From positions 2,542,001 through 2,606,000 of the forward strand of contig NW_026782260.1 of the NCBI RefSeq assembly GCF_031769215.1: a stretch of DNA of 64,000 bases. The letters run 5' to 3'. The stretch's first letter is position 1; each line of letters starts with the position of its first letter. A program made the position numbers and the translations under genes. Origin of the DNA: Ylistrum balloti (lineage: Eukaryota). Shown here in pieces: positions 52,954 through 64,000 of this stretch. The notes beneath the pieces are model-generated. The model was given only the letters and a program-made list of their open reading frames with translations. It made no database searches and had not been told where the DNA came from.

Positions 52954-55269
52954 ACGTTACTCTTGGTGTTACCACCTTTTAAACGTAACTTGTAAAATTA
53001 ATAAATGGCAATTACTATTACGAAGGACAGGCCGTGGGTTAATGTAGACTTCCGTCTCTACAAGGTGGTAGTGAGTAAAATCGACTTAATTTTGTAATAT
53101 AATTCGCTGAATTGATTTATGGCATTTTTGGGCCCTATCATAATCAACATTGGTTTGATAGGCTAAATATTTAGAAAAAAAGTTTTGTTGTTTTCTAGGA
53201 AAAAATAGAGCAATGTTTGGATTTCAAGGGCAAACTTTTTGCAGTTTTGCAAACTGAAAATTGTTTTTACCGTAGGTAAACCAATCGACCATTCATTTGA
53301 ATCAGAGAAAGAACTCCCGAAGTGTAATTGGCTGGTATTTGATCTGGGGTTTGGATATATAGAAGTAGGACAGACGCTGATCGTTAGCATTCGTTTGTCT
53401 AATATTAGAAGTGAATTGGTGATCAAACTTTGAGACACAGTAGAAAAGATAAATTTGCAATTTTATCTAAGTCTTTACCAAAACGGCAGAGGATAATGAT
53501 GACGAAACATCTGTATGATGCAGCCCAATGCATCCGGTGGCTGTGCTGTATCTTCTTCTAAATTTATTAATGAAAGATACTATCAACATGTATATTAAAT
53601 ACAATCTTTAAGACAGTAGGTCGAAGACACTACTGATGGACTTTTAGTCCCCGAAATTTGCCGTATTCTGCATGCCACAGTATAATTCATTCGTGTCGTT
53701 GCACGCTTCAGAATATAAACACGTACTTTACGTTCGCCTGAAACTGTTTAATATTGACACATACATTTATTGTTTGGAGCTAGTGCTGAAGTGCCCCTCC
53801 CATCTGATTGCTGACATTGATTTCGACAAATTTGAATTTTCATTATTTGCCACCTAGACGAAATTACTTTATGATTTGTATGAAAATACTATTTCGACCT
53901 GTTTGTATTTTCCTCAGTCAATTACCATGTTTCACTAATTTCAGCAGTTAGCATCAATGACGAGTCCTAGAGTGATGAAGCTGGTGTATTGTGCAATTCT
54001 GGTGTATGGTGCAATTTGATCAGCATTATTATTTGTTTTGGGTTTTTTTTCAATCACTGTATCAAATTCTAATTAAATTTTTTTTTTCGCCGTTTTCTAC
54101 TTTTATGTCCCTTTGCATAACACAGAACAATTTGCTTCAAACGCTTACAGAAGAAAATGACAAAACAGCTATATGATGCGGATTGATCCAGTGTTTGGCC
54201 CTACCTATCTAATTTTGAAGTCGTAATGAAAGATGATAATCTCGTGGTGCCATTTGTGAACTATCCGACAGGCTTTCCCGTCAACAAATCTTCCGCTTCG
54301 AATTTATAAACGTATGTATATGTGCTTGGAAAATTTGGGTATGTCGAGGTACTTAACACAGTCTTAACATACCTAAGGAGGTGGTTGAGATAAACTTATT
54401 AGTCTGAAGGAGTGTGACAAATTGAAACATTGTTGATTTCACCAGTCGTATTGGCCAATCCTAGACGCTTGTTTCCCCACCATTCTATTAGTTTCAACGG
54501 AGGTTTGTGTATTCCTAATTTCCTACCGATTTATTCAGGCTCGACAACATGTGCCATGCCAGCAGGTAAACGAACTTCCGGTGATCATGTCGGAAACTAT
54601 TACGATAATGACAGCAGTAGTAGTTATGATTGATTTTGTCACCCAGGTCATCAGTAAGTTTTATCTAACCACAAGCATCGTCCATTCTGTTCCAATCCTG
54701 GCTGTGATAGACTTGGTGGCAACGTGGGGTTATCAAATTACCCATAATTGCAATTAGTTAAACTAGTACACCACGTACAAGTATGTTTGTCTGAATACCC
54801 AATTAAGGGATTGATCTGCATAATTTTATCTAAACACACCGGAAGTCTGTTTATACGGCAGCTAGTTAGTGCCACACGTAGTACATTTAATGACAAATTC
54901 ATTATTTCACAATTATGACTTCATATGTCATAGATATCACATACTTACTTCATAATTCAGCCAAAATTTTTTCTCATAATTATGACTTTGTCATTTTTGC
55001 ACCAATTTTATGTTTACTTCTTGAAAATCTTGTAAATAAAACGTATTATTGTATTTGATAATAACTAGATATCCTAATATAACATTTTATAATTACAATG
55101 TATGTTTGTTTGATTAAGGAATCACACAGAATGTTGAGGTCATCATAGAGAGACATGAGGATTGTCCAAGGACAAGCTGGATCTTGTGGATCATACAAAC
55201 TGGAGACAATACAATCCGAGGATTGTCAAAAAAAAAAAAAAAAAAGCGGAGGACAAGATGTCTTGGGGT

Positions 55270-55935
55270 AAGTCCAAGACACATAGGAGGACAAAACATC
55301 TTGAGGATTGTCCAAGGAGACATTGCAGGACAAGACATCTTGAGGATTGTCTAAGGAGACATTGGAGGACAAGACACCTTGAGGATTGTCCAAGGAGACA
55401 TTGGATGACAAGACACCTTGAGGATTGTCTAAGGAGACATGGAAGGACAAGACATCTTGAGGATTGTCCAAGGAGACATTGCAGGACAAGATATCTTGAG
55501 GATTGTCTAAGGAGACATTGGAGGACAAGACACCTTGAGGATTGTCCAAGGAGACATTGGATGACAAGACACCTTGAGGATTGTCTAAGGAGACATGGAA
55601 GGACAAGACATCTTGAGGATTGTCCAAGGAGACATTGGATGACAAGACACCTTGAGGATTGTCTAAGGAGACATGGAAGGAAAAGACATCTTGAGGATTG
55701 TCTAAGAAGACATTGGAGGACAAGACATCTTGAGGATTGTCCAAGGAGACATTGGAGGACAAGACATCTTGAGGATTGTCCAAGAAGACATTGTAGGACA
55801 AGACATCTTGAGGATTATCCAAAGAAACCCTGGAGGACAAAACATCATGAGGATTGTTCAAGGAGACATTGGAGGACAAGACACCATGAGGATTGTCCAA
55901 GGAGACATTGGAGGACAAGACATCTTGAGGATTGG
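55270..55935. repeat. 39-bp minisatellite, ~17 copies, with degenerate flanks to about 56160
   Basis: Unit cttgaggattgtccaaggagacattggaggacaagacat. Confidence 0.95.
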
Positions 55936-57286
55936 CCTAAGGCTTGTACAAAAAAAACAAGGATTACAAGTAATCCTTAGGATTTTACAAGAAAATATGG
56001 GAGGACAAGACATCCTGAAGGTCAAACAAGGAAATATCAGCTAACATTTGTAGACATCCTAAGGATTATACAAAGACACTTTGGAAGACCAGACATCTGC
56101 AGAATTGTACAAGAACACATCGATTGGCAAGACATCAAGAGGATCATCCAAGGACTGATTGGAGAGAAGTAGTACTCAAATATATACAATATATAAAGGT
56201 CTGTATTACTGGATCCTACGGTTAGGACCTCATTTAACAAGCTGTATAAAAGATATGATGCATCTACTATAACCTGGCCCATATTTGCTCACAAACATAA
56301 CAATACTTGCTCAATAACCCAGGAAACTCTACATACACAATATCTAGTCCCTCCTAAGATGAAATACAAAATTACAATCATTCATGTTATCAATGGATAA
56401 TGATGCAGACCTTCTTCTTTTATCTTGGATTACCAATGCTTCATTGCTTGCTTATCTAGTAGTTCAACCAAACCATTTTCAATACTTTTTACTTCCTTCT
56501 TAGGTTTTATCAAATCAGAGTTTAAGTCTTATTGTTTAATAGCTTATGAGATAAGTAGAATTAATTGGATGTAGATTTTCTATAAAGTCAAAATATAAAT
56601 AAGTAATTTTTTCCACTCTGTACGCTACCATACCCCATTCTCTGGTTATGAGAGCTTTCTTATACACTGGTGAACTATACTGAAGTGTTTTTTGTGACAA
56701 GTACTAGTACATCTTTACATAAAATGAAATACACCTCAGATAAAATTTGGACCAAATTTCTGATATCTGCAATACTCCTGGGGTTATGATCACTTCTGCT
56801 CTATGCACCCCTAGAAAATTTCCTGACAAAGTTGAAGGCACAAGTGAAGTAATTTAATTGGTCTAGAATGTGTTTCAGGAAAAAAAACTGACCAATCAGA
56901 CTGATATGCTCCTTTGAAGATTCAAAGCCAGTATGTACAACATAGTGTTATGAGAGCGGGAGATTTGTTTGTACATTGAAGGATCAAACTTAATCTTCTC
57001 ATCTTATCTACAAGGTGTTGCATATAGAATCATCAATACTCCAGGAGTGCAGAAAGTGAAAGTGAGCATAACCACTGGAGCATCAAGGATGATTTCTTGG
57101 TGACAATATCTTCATTGAACTTTGTGGGACATTCAGATTATCGGCATCCACAGGGGAGATAACTCTGTCCATCTGTTGGTTTACTTGCTTTCATTCAAGG
57201 CAGAATTAACTTTGTTCATTTTATAACAATATTCTTAACAAATGAGGAGACAGATGTTACTGTTAAAAGTATTAATGTAAATATTC

Positions 57287-57870
57287 TTCCTCTCATGCCA
57301 TCTGTGAAATTCGAACAATATTTGAGACTTCCTCTCATGTCCTCTGTCAAATTCTAACAATATTTGAGACTTCCTCTCATGTCATCTGTCAAATTCTAAC
57401 AATATTTGAGACTTCCTCTCATGTCCTCTGTCAAATTCTAACAATATTTGAGACTTCCTCTCATGTCCTCTGTCAAATTCTAACAATATTTGAGACTTCC
57501 TCTCATGTCATCTGTCAAATTCGAACAATATTTGAGACTTCCTCTCATGTCCTCTGTCAAATTCGAACAATATTTGAGACTTCCTCTCATGTCCTCTGTC
57601 AAATTCGAACAATATTTGAGACTTCCTCTCATGTCATCTGTCAAATTCTAACAATATTTGAGATTTCCTCTCATGTCCTCTGTCAAATTCTAACAATATT
57701 TGAGACTTCCTCTCATGTCATCTGTCAAATTCGAACAATATTTGAGACTTCCTCTCATGTCATCTGTCAAATTCTAACAATATTTGAGACTTCCTCTCAT
57801 GTCATCTGTCAAATTCTAACAATATCTGAGACTTCCTCTCATGTCCTCTGTCAAATTCGAACAATATTTG
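57287..57870. repeat. 42-bp minisatellite, ~14 copies
   Basis: Unit tcctctcatgtcctctgtcaaattctaacaatatttgagact. Confidence 0.96.
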
Positions 57871-59289
57871 GGAAACATTTACCAATACAATTTAATGAAA
57901 GGTTGGATAATACTTCATCACTTAGTAGAGAGTACATATAGCATGTGAACTGTGTTTAAAAATTTCATACAAGATTTTAAGAAACAATTCTTAGAAGTTT
58001 TTATCTTTGTGAGCCTTGGTGAGCTATAATAAAACTTTGACTTGAGTATCATAACAACCTATGTGAAATAGGTAGATCATTTGTATCTCATAATGCAGAA
58101 ATATTCTTGCTGGTTTTCAAGTCAAAATGCAGAGGAAAAATCAACTGGAGGCAACCATTTGGTTGTGTCATTTTCAATTCATGATAAAACGTCCATATTT
58201 TGACATCACAAAAGATTTCTGACTGGCTCAGCCGATGAAAAATGCTCTAGAGTATATAACACTAGTGACACTACAGAAGCAATATTTCTAGAGGACAGGT
58301 GGATCCTGTGATAAATTTGTACATTGTTGATAAGTTTTCTGTTTTTGGAATTTTTTTTTCATATTTTGGTTACACAAGTGCATATTGCCACACATCTTCA
58401 TATTTAGGCACCTGAAAACAGATTTCAAGACAACATGTTTGTGAATTAATAACAAAATCTGATATGAAAATTAAAATATAATTTTATTTCAAATTTCTTG
58501 TGAAATATTACTATAAAAATAACATAGAGTTTTCTAAATGCTAAGCTTGCACAAATTTGTAGCAGAAAATTTAGAAATATCACGCTTGATTGTCATGAGA
58601 AGAATTTATGCAAATATTATTTTCAGAAAAACAATTTGCTCTAATAGATTTATCTCCCTTGAAATGAATGCATGTGGTTACAATAAATAAATGCATCAGA
58701 CATCACAATGCCCAGAACTTCTTTTAAAGCCGTTATGTTTTATCTTAAACTATACAAATTTTTAAATTCCTTTCCTATATTATGCTTTTTTAGTTACACA
58801 TAATGGCATATAATTATATAACAGGTTTTAAAATGTGCACCAAATTTTCGCTTCATTGCAATCAGACATCAATTAACGTTAACATACATTTCACATCAAT
58901 AAGAAGATAACTAATTAATAGCAAACTGACTGTGACACTAGTGACTATACAAACTGACTTTCAGTGTCATATACAAATACATGTTAGTGTTAAAGCATTT
59001 GATTTTTGGTACATTGTATAAAAATTGGTAAAAGTGCCTCCCCAGCGAATTGCTATAGACAAGGGGGACCTCAAGTAATTGGTATCACAAAAATTATATC
59101 ATTAGATCATTATACAAAGATGCGTTATTAAGGTATTGCAAAAGAACCTGTTGTACAAGGAGGGAGGGTGGGGGTGGGGGCAGGGGACTTTTAAATTCCT
59201 CTGCACAGGGAGGTGTGAAGGAGGAATATTTGAGAAAACTATTCCCCTCCCCACTCCCCCCAAGTGAGATATTAAGTATCATGGAGTTA

Positions 59290-59570
59290 CAAATTTGAGG
59301 GGCCCATTCCCACAGGGGACATCGAGGAGATACAAATTTGAGGGAGCAATTTCCCCCTCTCCAGGGAGATATCAAGGAAGATACAAATTTGAGGGAACCA
59401 TTCCCAAAGGGGACATCGAGGAGATACAAATTTGAGGGAGCAATTTCCCCTTCCCCAGGGAGATATCAAGGAAGATACAAATTTGAGGGAACTATTTTCC
59501 CCTCCCCAGGGAGATATCAACAAGATACAAATTTGAAGGAACAATTTCCCCTCCCCAGCGAGATATCAAG
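59290..59570. repeat. ~40-bp minisatellite, ~7 copies
   Basis: Recurrent gatacaaatttgaggg...ttccc...agggagatatcaag. Confidence 0.88.
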
Positions 59571-60679
59571 AAGTTTTGATTAGACCATTTTGGTGAATAA
59601 ATAACAGGGAAAATATCTATTCTATCTTTGGAAAAGGCACTCCTACACTACAAGGCATTATATCATTTTGGGTGGTTTGTTTGATTAAAGTGCTAGTGAT
59701 AATTATTTGATTATTGAAAAGACAAAACATACAAAAAAAAAAAAAAAAAATACAAAACGAGAAACATAAAAACCAAATTCCAAATTCACTGGACTACAAA
59801 AATGATGTACAAATAAAGTTTTATGAGTCTTGAACAAATTTTGGGATATGCTCTGAAAACTGCATTGGACGGAACTTTAAGCACATCCCATTCACTCTGG
59901 CTGCAGATAACCAATGCTTTACATAGTCGAATGGATTAAAGTTTTAGATAAATAATTTCTACAAAACATACAACTGTGATTGATTTCATGCTAATTCAGC
60001 AAAATACAGGTTTCTTGATCTTATGTCTTCAAATTGTTTTAAAATACAACCATAGCAATGCAAGTGCTAAAGAGTGTATCAACTAATACAAGTCCTTTGT
60101 GTTGTTCCGTATAGCTGTGTGGGATGTTACTGTGGGAGGAAGCCGCAGTATGGAATGTTTTTATATATAATGACTCCACGTTATTTCCGCCATTTATACC
60201 AAAGATACTCCAAAACAAACAAGATTACCGTGACGGTATTAAGAAAGAACAGCTTTAAAGACTGGCTGTTCTAGAAGGACACGTCCCTCTGCTTGAGGGT
60301 ACCCTCACAAAAATGCTCAATAACCTACTTAAAACATAATCAAATAATTGTCATGATTCCTCGGTAAAACTTCTTTTACCCAACAGTTTGCGTAAGCAGC
60401 ATTACTACAAAAAGCAGCATGTTGCGGTATAGTAAATACTTATAGTGCGTAAAATAACTAAAAAAAACACTGTGAAATAAAACAAACAATAACATCAACA
60501 TTGTTATTTTGTGCCACTGTTGTGAGCACACCATGTGGAGCGAACCTTATTTGTGTAGGCGTCATTATGTGCGAGATATCTAGAGGGTGTTATGGGCCTT
60601 GTAAGGTAATTATAGGCCTACATGTACCTGTGTGTGGTATTATTGACTGGTCTGAGAGTATAATAGACCTATTTGAGGG

Positions 60680-61805
60680 TATTACAGAACTCTGTGAGGG
60701 TATTACATATATTGTTGACCCCTGTGAGCGAGGGTGTTATTGACCCCTGTGAGTGAGGGTATTTGGCCTCTGTGAGGATATATTGACCCCTGTGAGTGAG
60801 GGTTTGATTGACCCCTGTGAGTGAGGTTATTATAGTTTATGATAGCCCCTGTGAGGGTATTATTGACCCTATGGATGAGGGTATTTGGTCTCTGTGAGGA
60901 TATATTGACCCCTGTGAGTGAGGTTGTAGTTTATGATAGCCCCTGTGAGGGTATTATTGACCCTATGGATGAGGGTATTTGGTCTCTGTGAGGGTATTCT
61001 AACCATCTAAAAGTGTATTCTAAATGCATATTAAAGGCTTCTTTGTAATGATAGTATGTGTGAGGGTATTATATACCACTTAGAGATTATTACACATCAT
61101 TTGGAGGGTATTATAGACCTAAGTGACATTATAACAGACCCTGTGAGAGTATTATTGACCCCTGTGAAGGTAATACAAATCTCTGTGAGGGTATTATAGA
61201 CCTCTGTGAGGGTATTATATGTATTATAGACCTATGTGAGGGTATCATAGACCCCTGTGAGGGTATTGTATATCTCTGTGAGGGTATTATAGACCTCTGT
61301 GAGGGTATTGTATATCTCTGTGAGGGTATTATAGACCCCTGTGAGGGTATTGTATATCTCTGTGAGGGTATTATAGACCTCTGTGAGGGTATTGTATATC
61401 TCTGTGAGGGTATTATAGATGTCTGTGAGGGTATTATAGACCTCTGTGTGGATATTATAGACCCCTGTGAGGGTATTGTATATCTCTGTGAGGGTATTAT
61501 AGACCTCTGTGAGGGTATTGTATATCTTTGTGAGGGTATCATAGACCCCTGTGAGGGTATTGTATATCTCTGTGAGGGTATTATAGACCTCTGTGAGGGT
61601 ATTGTATATCTCTGTGAGGGTATCATAGACCCCTGTGAGGGTATTGTATATCTCCGTGAGGGTATTATAGACCTCTGTGAGGGTATTGTATATCTTTGTG
61701 AGGGTATTATAGACCTCTGTGAGGTAATTGTATATCTCACTGAAGGTACTATAGACCTCTGTGTGGATATTATAGATGTCTGTGAGGGTATTATAGATCT
61801 TTGTG
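60680..61805. repeat. ~21-bp ctgtgagggtatt-core satellite; degenerate at first, then a regular 42-bp dimer (about 61180-61800)
   Basis: Dimer atagacctctgtgagggtattgtatatctctgtgagggtatt. Confidence 0.93.
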
Positions 61806-61931
61806 TGGGCACATGGATGTCATTTGGAATGTAGTTGTATCATATCAACCAGCTGTTCCCTCAACTTAATGGACAATATTGTTATTTTAACATCCAACAC
61901 TGATGCTATGGATTTCTGAGCCATATTTTAC

Positions 61932-62205
61932 ACAAGATGCCCATAGGGCCTGTATCATTCACATGGTTTTAACAAACCTTCGAGTCAAATATCACAATTC
62001 TAGGCCCTAGATTAAGAAAACACTTGAGTGTAACCTTTAATAATGGTCAATGTACTTATTTTTTGGAAACTTTGTTGGTCTTCATCCAAGAAACATACTT
62101 GCAAAATATTATGATCCTACCTCAACTTGTAAGATGTCTTTAAAAGGAAAATTAAACGGATGGCAGATGGACAGACAACACACCAAGGCATAATTACGAC
62201 TTATT
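61932..62205 (+). mobile_element. Short relic with similar ends to the 25853-26935 element
   Basis: Starts acaagatgcccatagggcct and ends with an acggatggcagatggacagac tail. Confidence 0.3.
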
Positions 62206-62504
62206 TCAAACAAAGAGTCAAAAATCAAAAATATAATGTGACTGTTGGTCCACATTGAATGGAAGCTATTTGGTTTCAGTATCACTGTACTATAGAACCA
62301 TTATACATCATCATAATGTACCATCAAATACCAGGTAGCAGCATCATTCAGGTCAATTCATTGGACCATGTCCAAGATGCTGTTACATTCATTACAAACC
62401 CTAACTAAACTGAATCGAAACCTCATATTCAAAATTGTGAAAATGAAAGTTCAGCAGCAGCACCATCGGTAGTATTTAACTGTTTTTGGTACATAACTCC
62501 ATCC

Positions 62505-62950
62505 CCAAATAACAAGGCCTGTACCTCACCCCTAAACAACAAGGCCTGTACTCCACCCCTAAATAACAAGGCCTGTACTCCACCCCTAAATAACATGGAT
62601 TGTACCTCAGCATCAAATAACAAGGTCCCACTCCTAAATAACATGGACTGTACCCCACCCCTAAGTAACAAGGACAGTAACCCTCTCCTAAATAACAAGG
62701 CCTGTACCCCACCCCTAAATAACAGGCCTGTACCCCAACCCTAAATAACAAGGCCTGTACCCCACCCCTAAAAAACAAGGCCTGTACCCCACCCCTAAAT
62801 AACAAGGCCTGTACCCCAACCCTAAATAACAAGGCCTGTACCCCACCCCTAAATAACAAGGCCTGTACCTCACCCCTAAAAAACAAGGCCTGTACCCCAT
62901 CCCTAAATAACAAGGCCTGTACCCCACCCCTAAATAACATGGACTGTACC
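62505..62950. repeat. 27-bp minisatellite, ~16 copies
   Basis: Unit aaataacaaggcctgtaccccacccct. Confidence 0.94.
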
Positions 62951-63849
62951 CATTTCCTAAATAGCCCACAAAGTACTGAAACCCCAAAAAACTAGGATTG
63001 TATCCCAGCCCAATGTAACATAGCCTATACTCCATCCCGAAATAAAATGAACTGTACCCCATCCTGAAAAATGGACCCTTCCACAAATAGCCTAAAGTTT
63101 AGCCCAAATCCAAAACAACATGGACTGTACCCCACCCTGAAAAATGGAACTTTCCCCTAATAGCCCACAGTGTACCACAAATCCCAAACAACCAGGACTG
63201 TAGCCCAGTCCAAATAAGTAATAATTAACATTTCATCTCAGAACAGTAATAAACTGGTCTCAAGAAATATGAAATTCTCCACAGATATTGCTTTCTGCAT
63301 CAAACTTCCTGATAACTTTTTTTAGCACTAATGAATAGAAAAAGCGTAAATTAAGTAACAACCTTTGATTCTTTGGTCTGTAGACAAAGTTGACTTAATG
63401 AATAATGTAAATATAGAATATATTATTATGCTATAGAAAAGTGAATGCCATTGGTCAATAAAGATAACGTCCGGATACTTTAAGTCCTTCATGCTGATCC
63501 CTGTAATAACTTTTTTTTATCAGACACAGTTTAGCAAAAATAAATAATTACATATAAATAAATCTTGTTCAATAAATCTATGAAACATTTGTACAAAAAT
63601 CAAAGCAGATCTTAGAGGATATATGAGACTCAAACTTAATAATATAAAATCATAGTCAGAAATGTGAAGCTCTGACATATTGAAACGAGGCTACTAGCCC
63701 ATCATACCTCTTTTTCCAATAATGGAGAGCTTTGTAAGAAGTACTGCAAGTTATAGCAAATACATCATATCACTAAATGATTTACGTCCTTATCTGTCAG
63801 AACAGACAACAATCAGGAGCACCACTAAAAATTACTACCAGGAGCACCA

Positions 63850-64000
63850 GGTTCAGCCATCAGGAGCCCTAGAAACAGCCATCAGGAGCCCTAGCAACAT
63901 CCATCAGGAGCCTTAGCAACAGCAATCAGGAGTCATAGTAATAGACATCAGGAGCAATGAACTTCAGGAGCCCTTATAACGGCCATCAGGAAAACCAGTA
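63850..64000. repeat. ~22-bp minisatellite running to the window end
   Basis: Recurrent catcaggagccctagcaacagc. Confidence 0.8.

Noticed and set aside
55162-56160. 13-aa repeat protein ([13 protein letters not shown] or [13 protein letters not shown])
   Set aside because: The protein-like frame is broken by TAA in several units. The open frame follows from the 39-bp unit length.
56998-57065. Apparent plus-strand exon GVAYRIINTPGVQKVK
   Set aside because: It lies within a dispersed repeat that has a homolog at about 36040-36130, so it is more likely repeat sequence.

Overview
This is AT-rich eukaryotic (animal) genomic DNA, probably intronic and intergenic. Its repeat content resembles mollusc genomes, but that taxon call is an inference. 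It contains one 411-N assembly gap. Roughly 20 kb (about 30%) is made of about 25 distinct mini- and microsatellite arrays, and these explain almost all long ORFs in the ORF track. The best-supported element is a decayed Maverick/Polinton (adintovirus-like) virus-transposon at about 42.2-45.9 kb. It keeps the gene order integrase, packaging ATPase, two conserved ORFs, minor capsid, core-like protein and major capsid N-terminus. Two other mobile elements are supported: a 5'-truncated D34D mariner (about 52.0-52.95 kb) and a ~380-bp TRIM-like miniature LTR element (50.0-50.4 kb). The TRIM has a PBS and PPT, and each of its LTRs carries a tRNA-derived cassette. Several phase-compatible candidate exons suggest an unidentified minus-strand host gene within 0.1-30 kb, with minisatellites built on or next to its splice sites. 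No CRISPR array, rRNA or intact tRNA gene was found.
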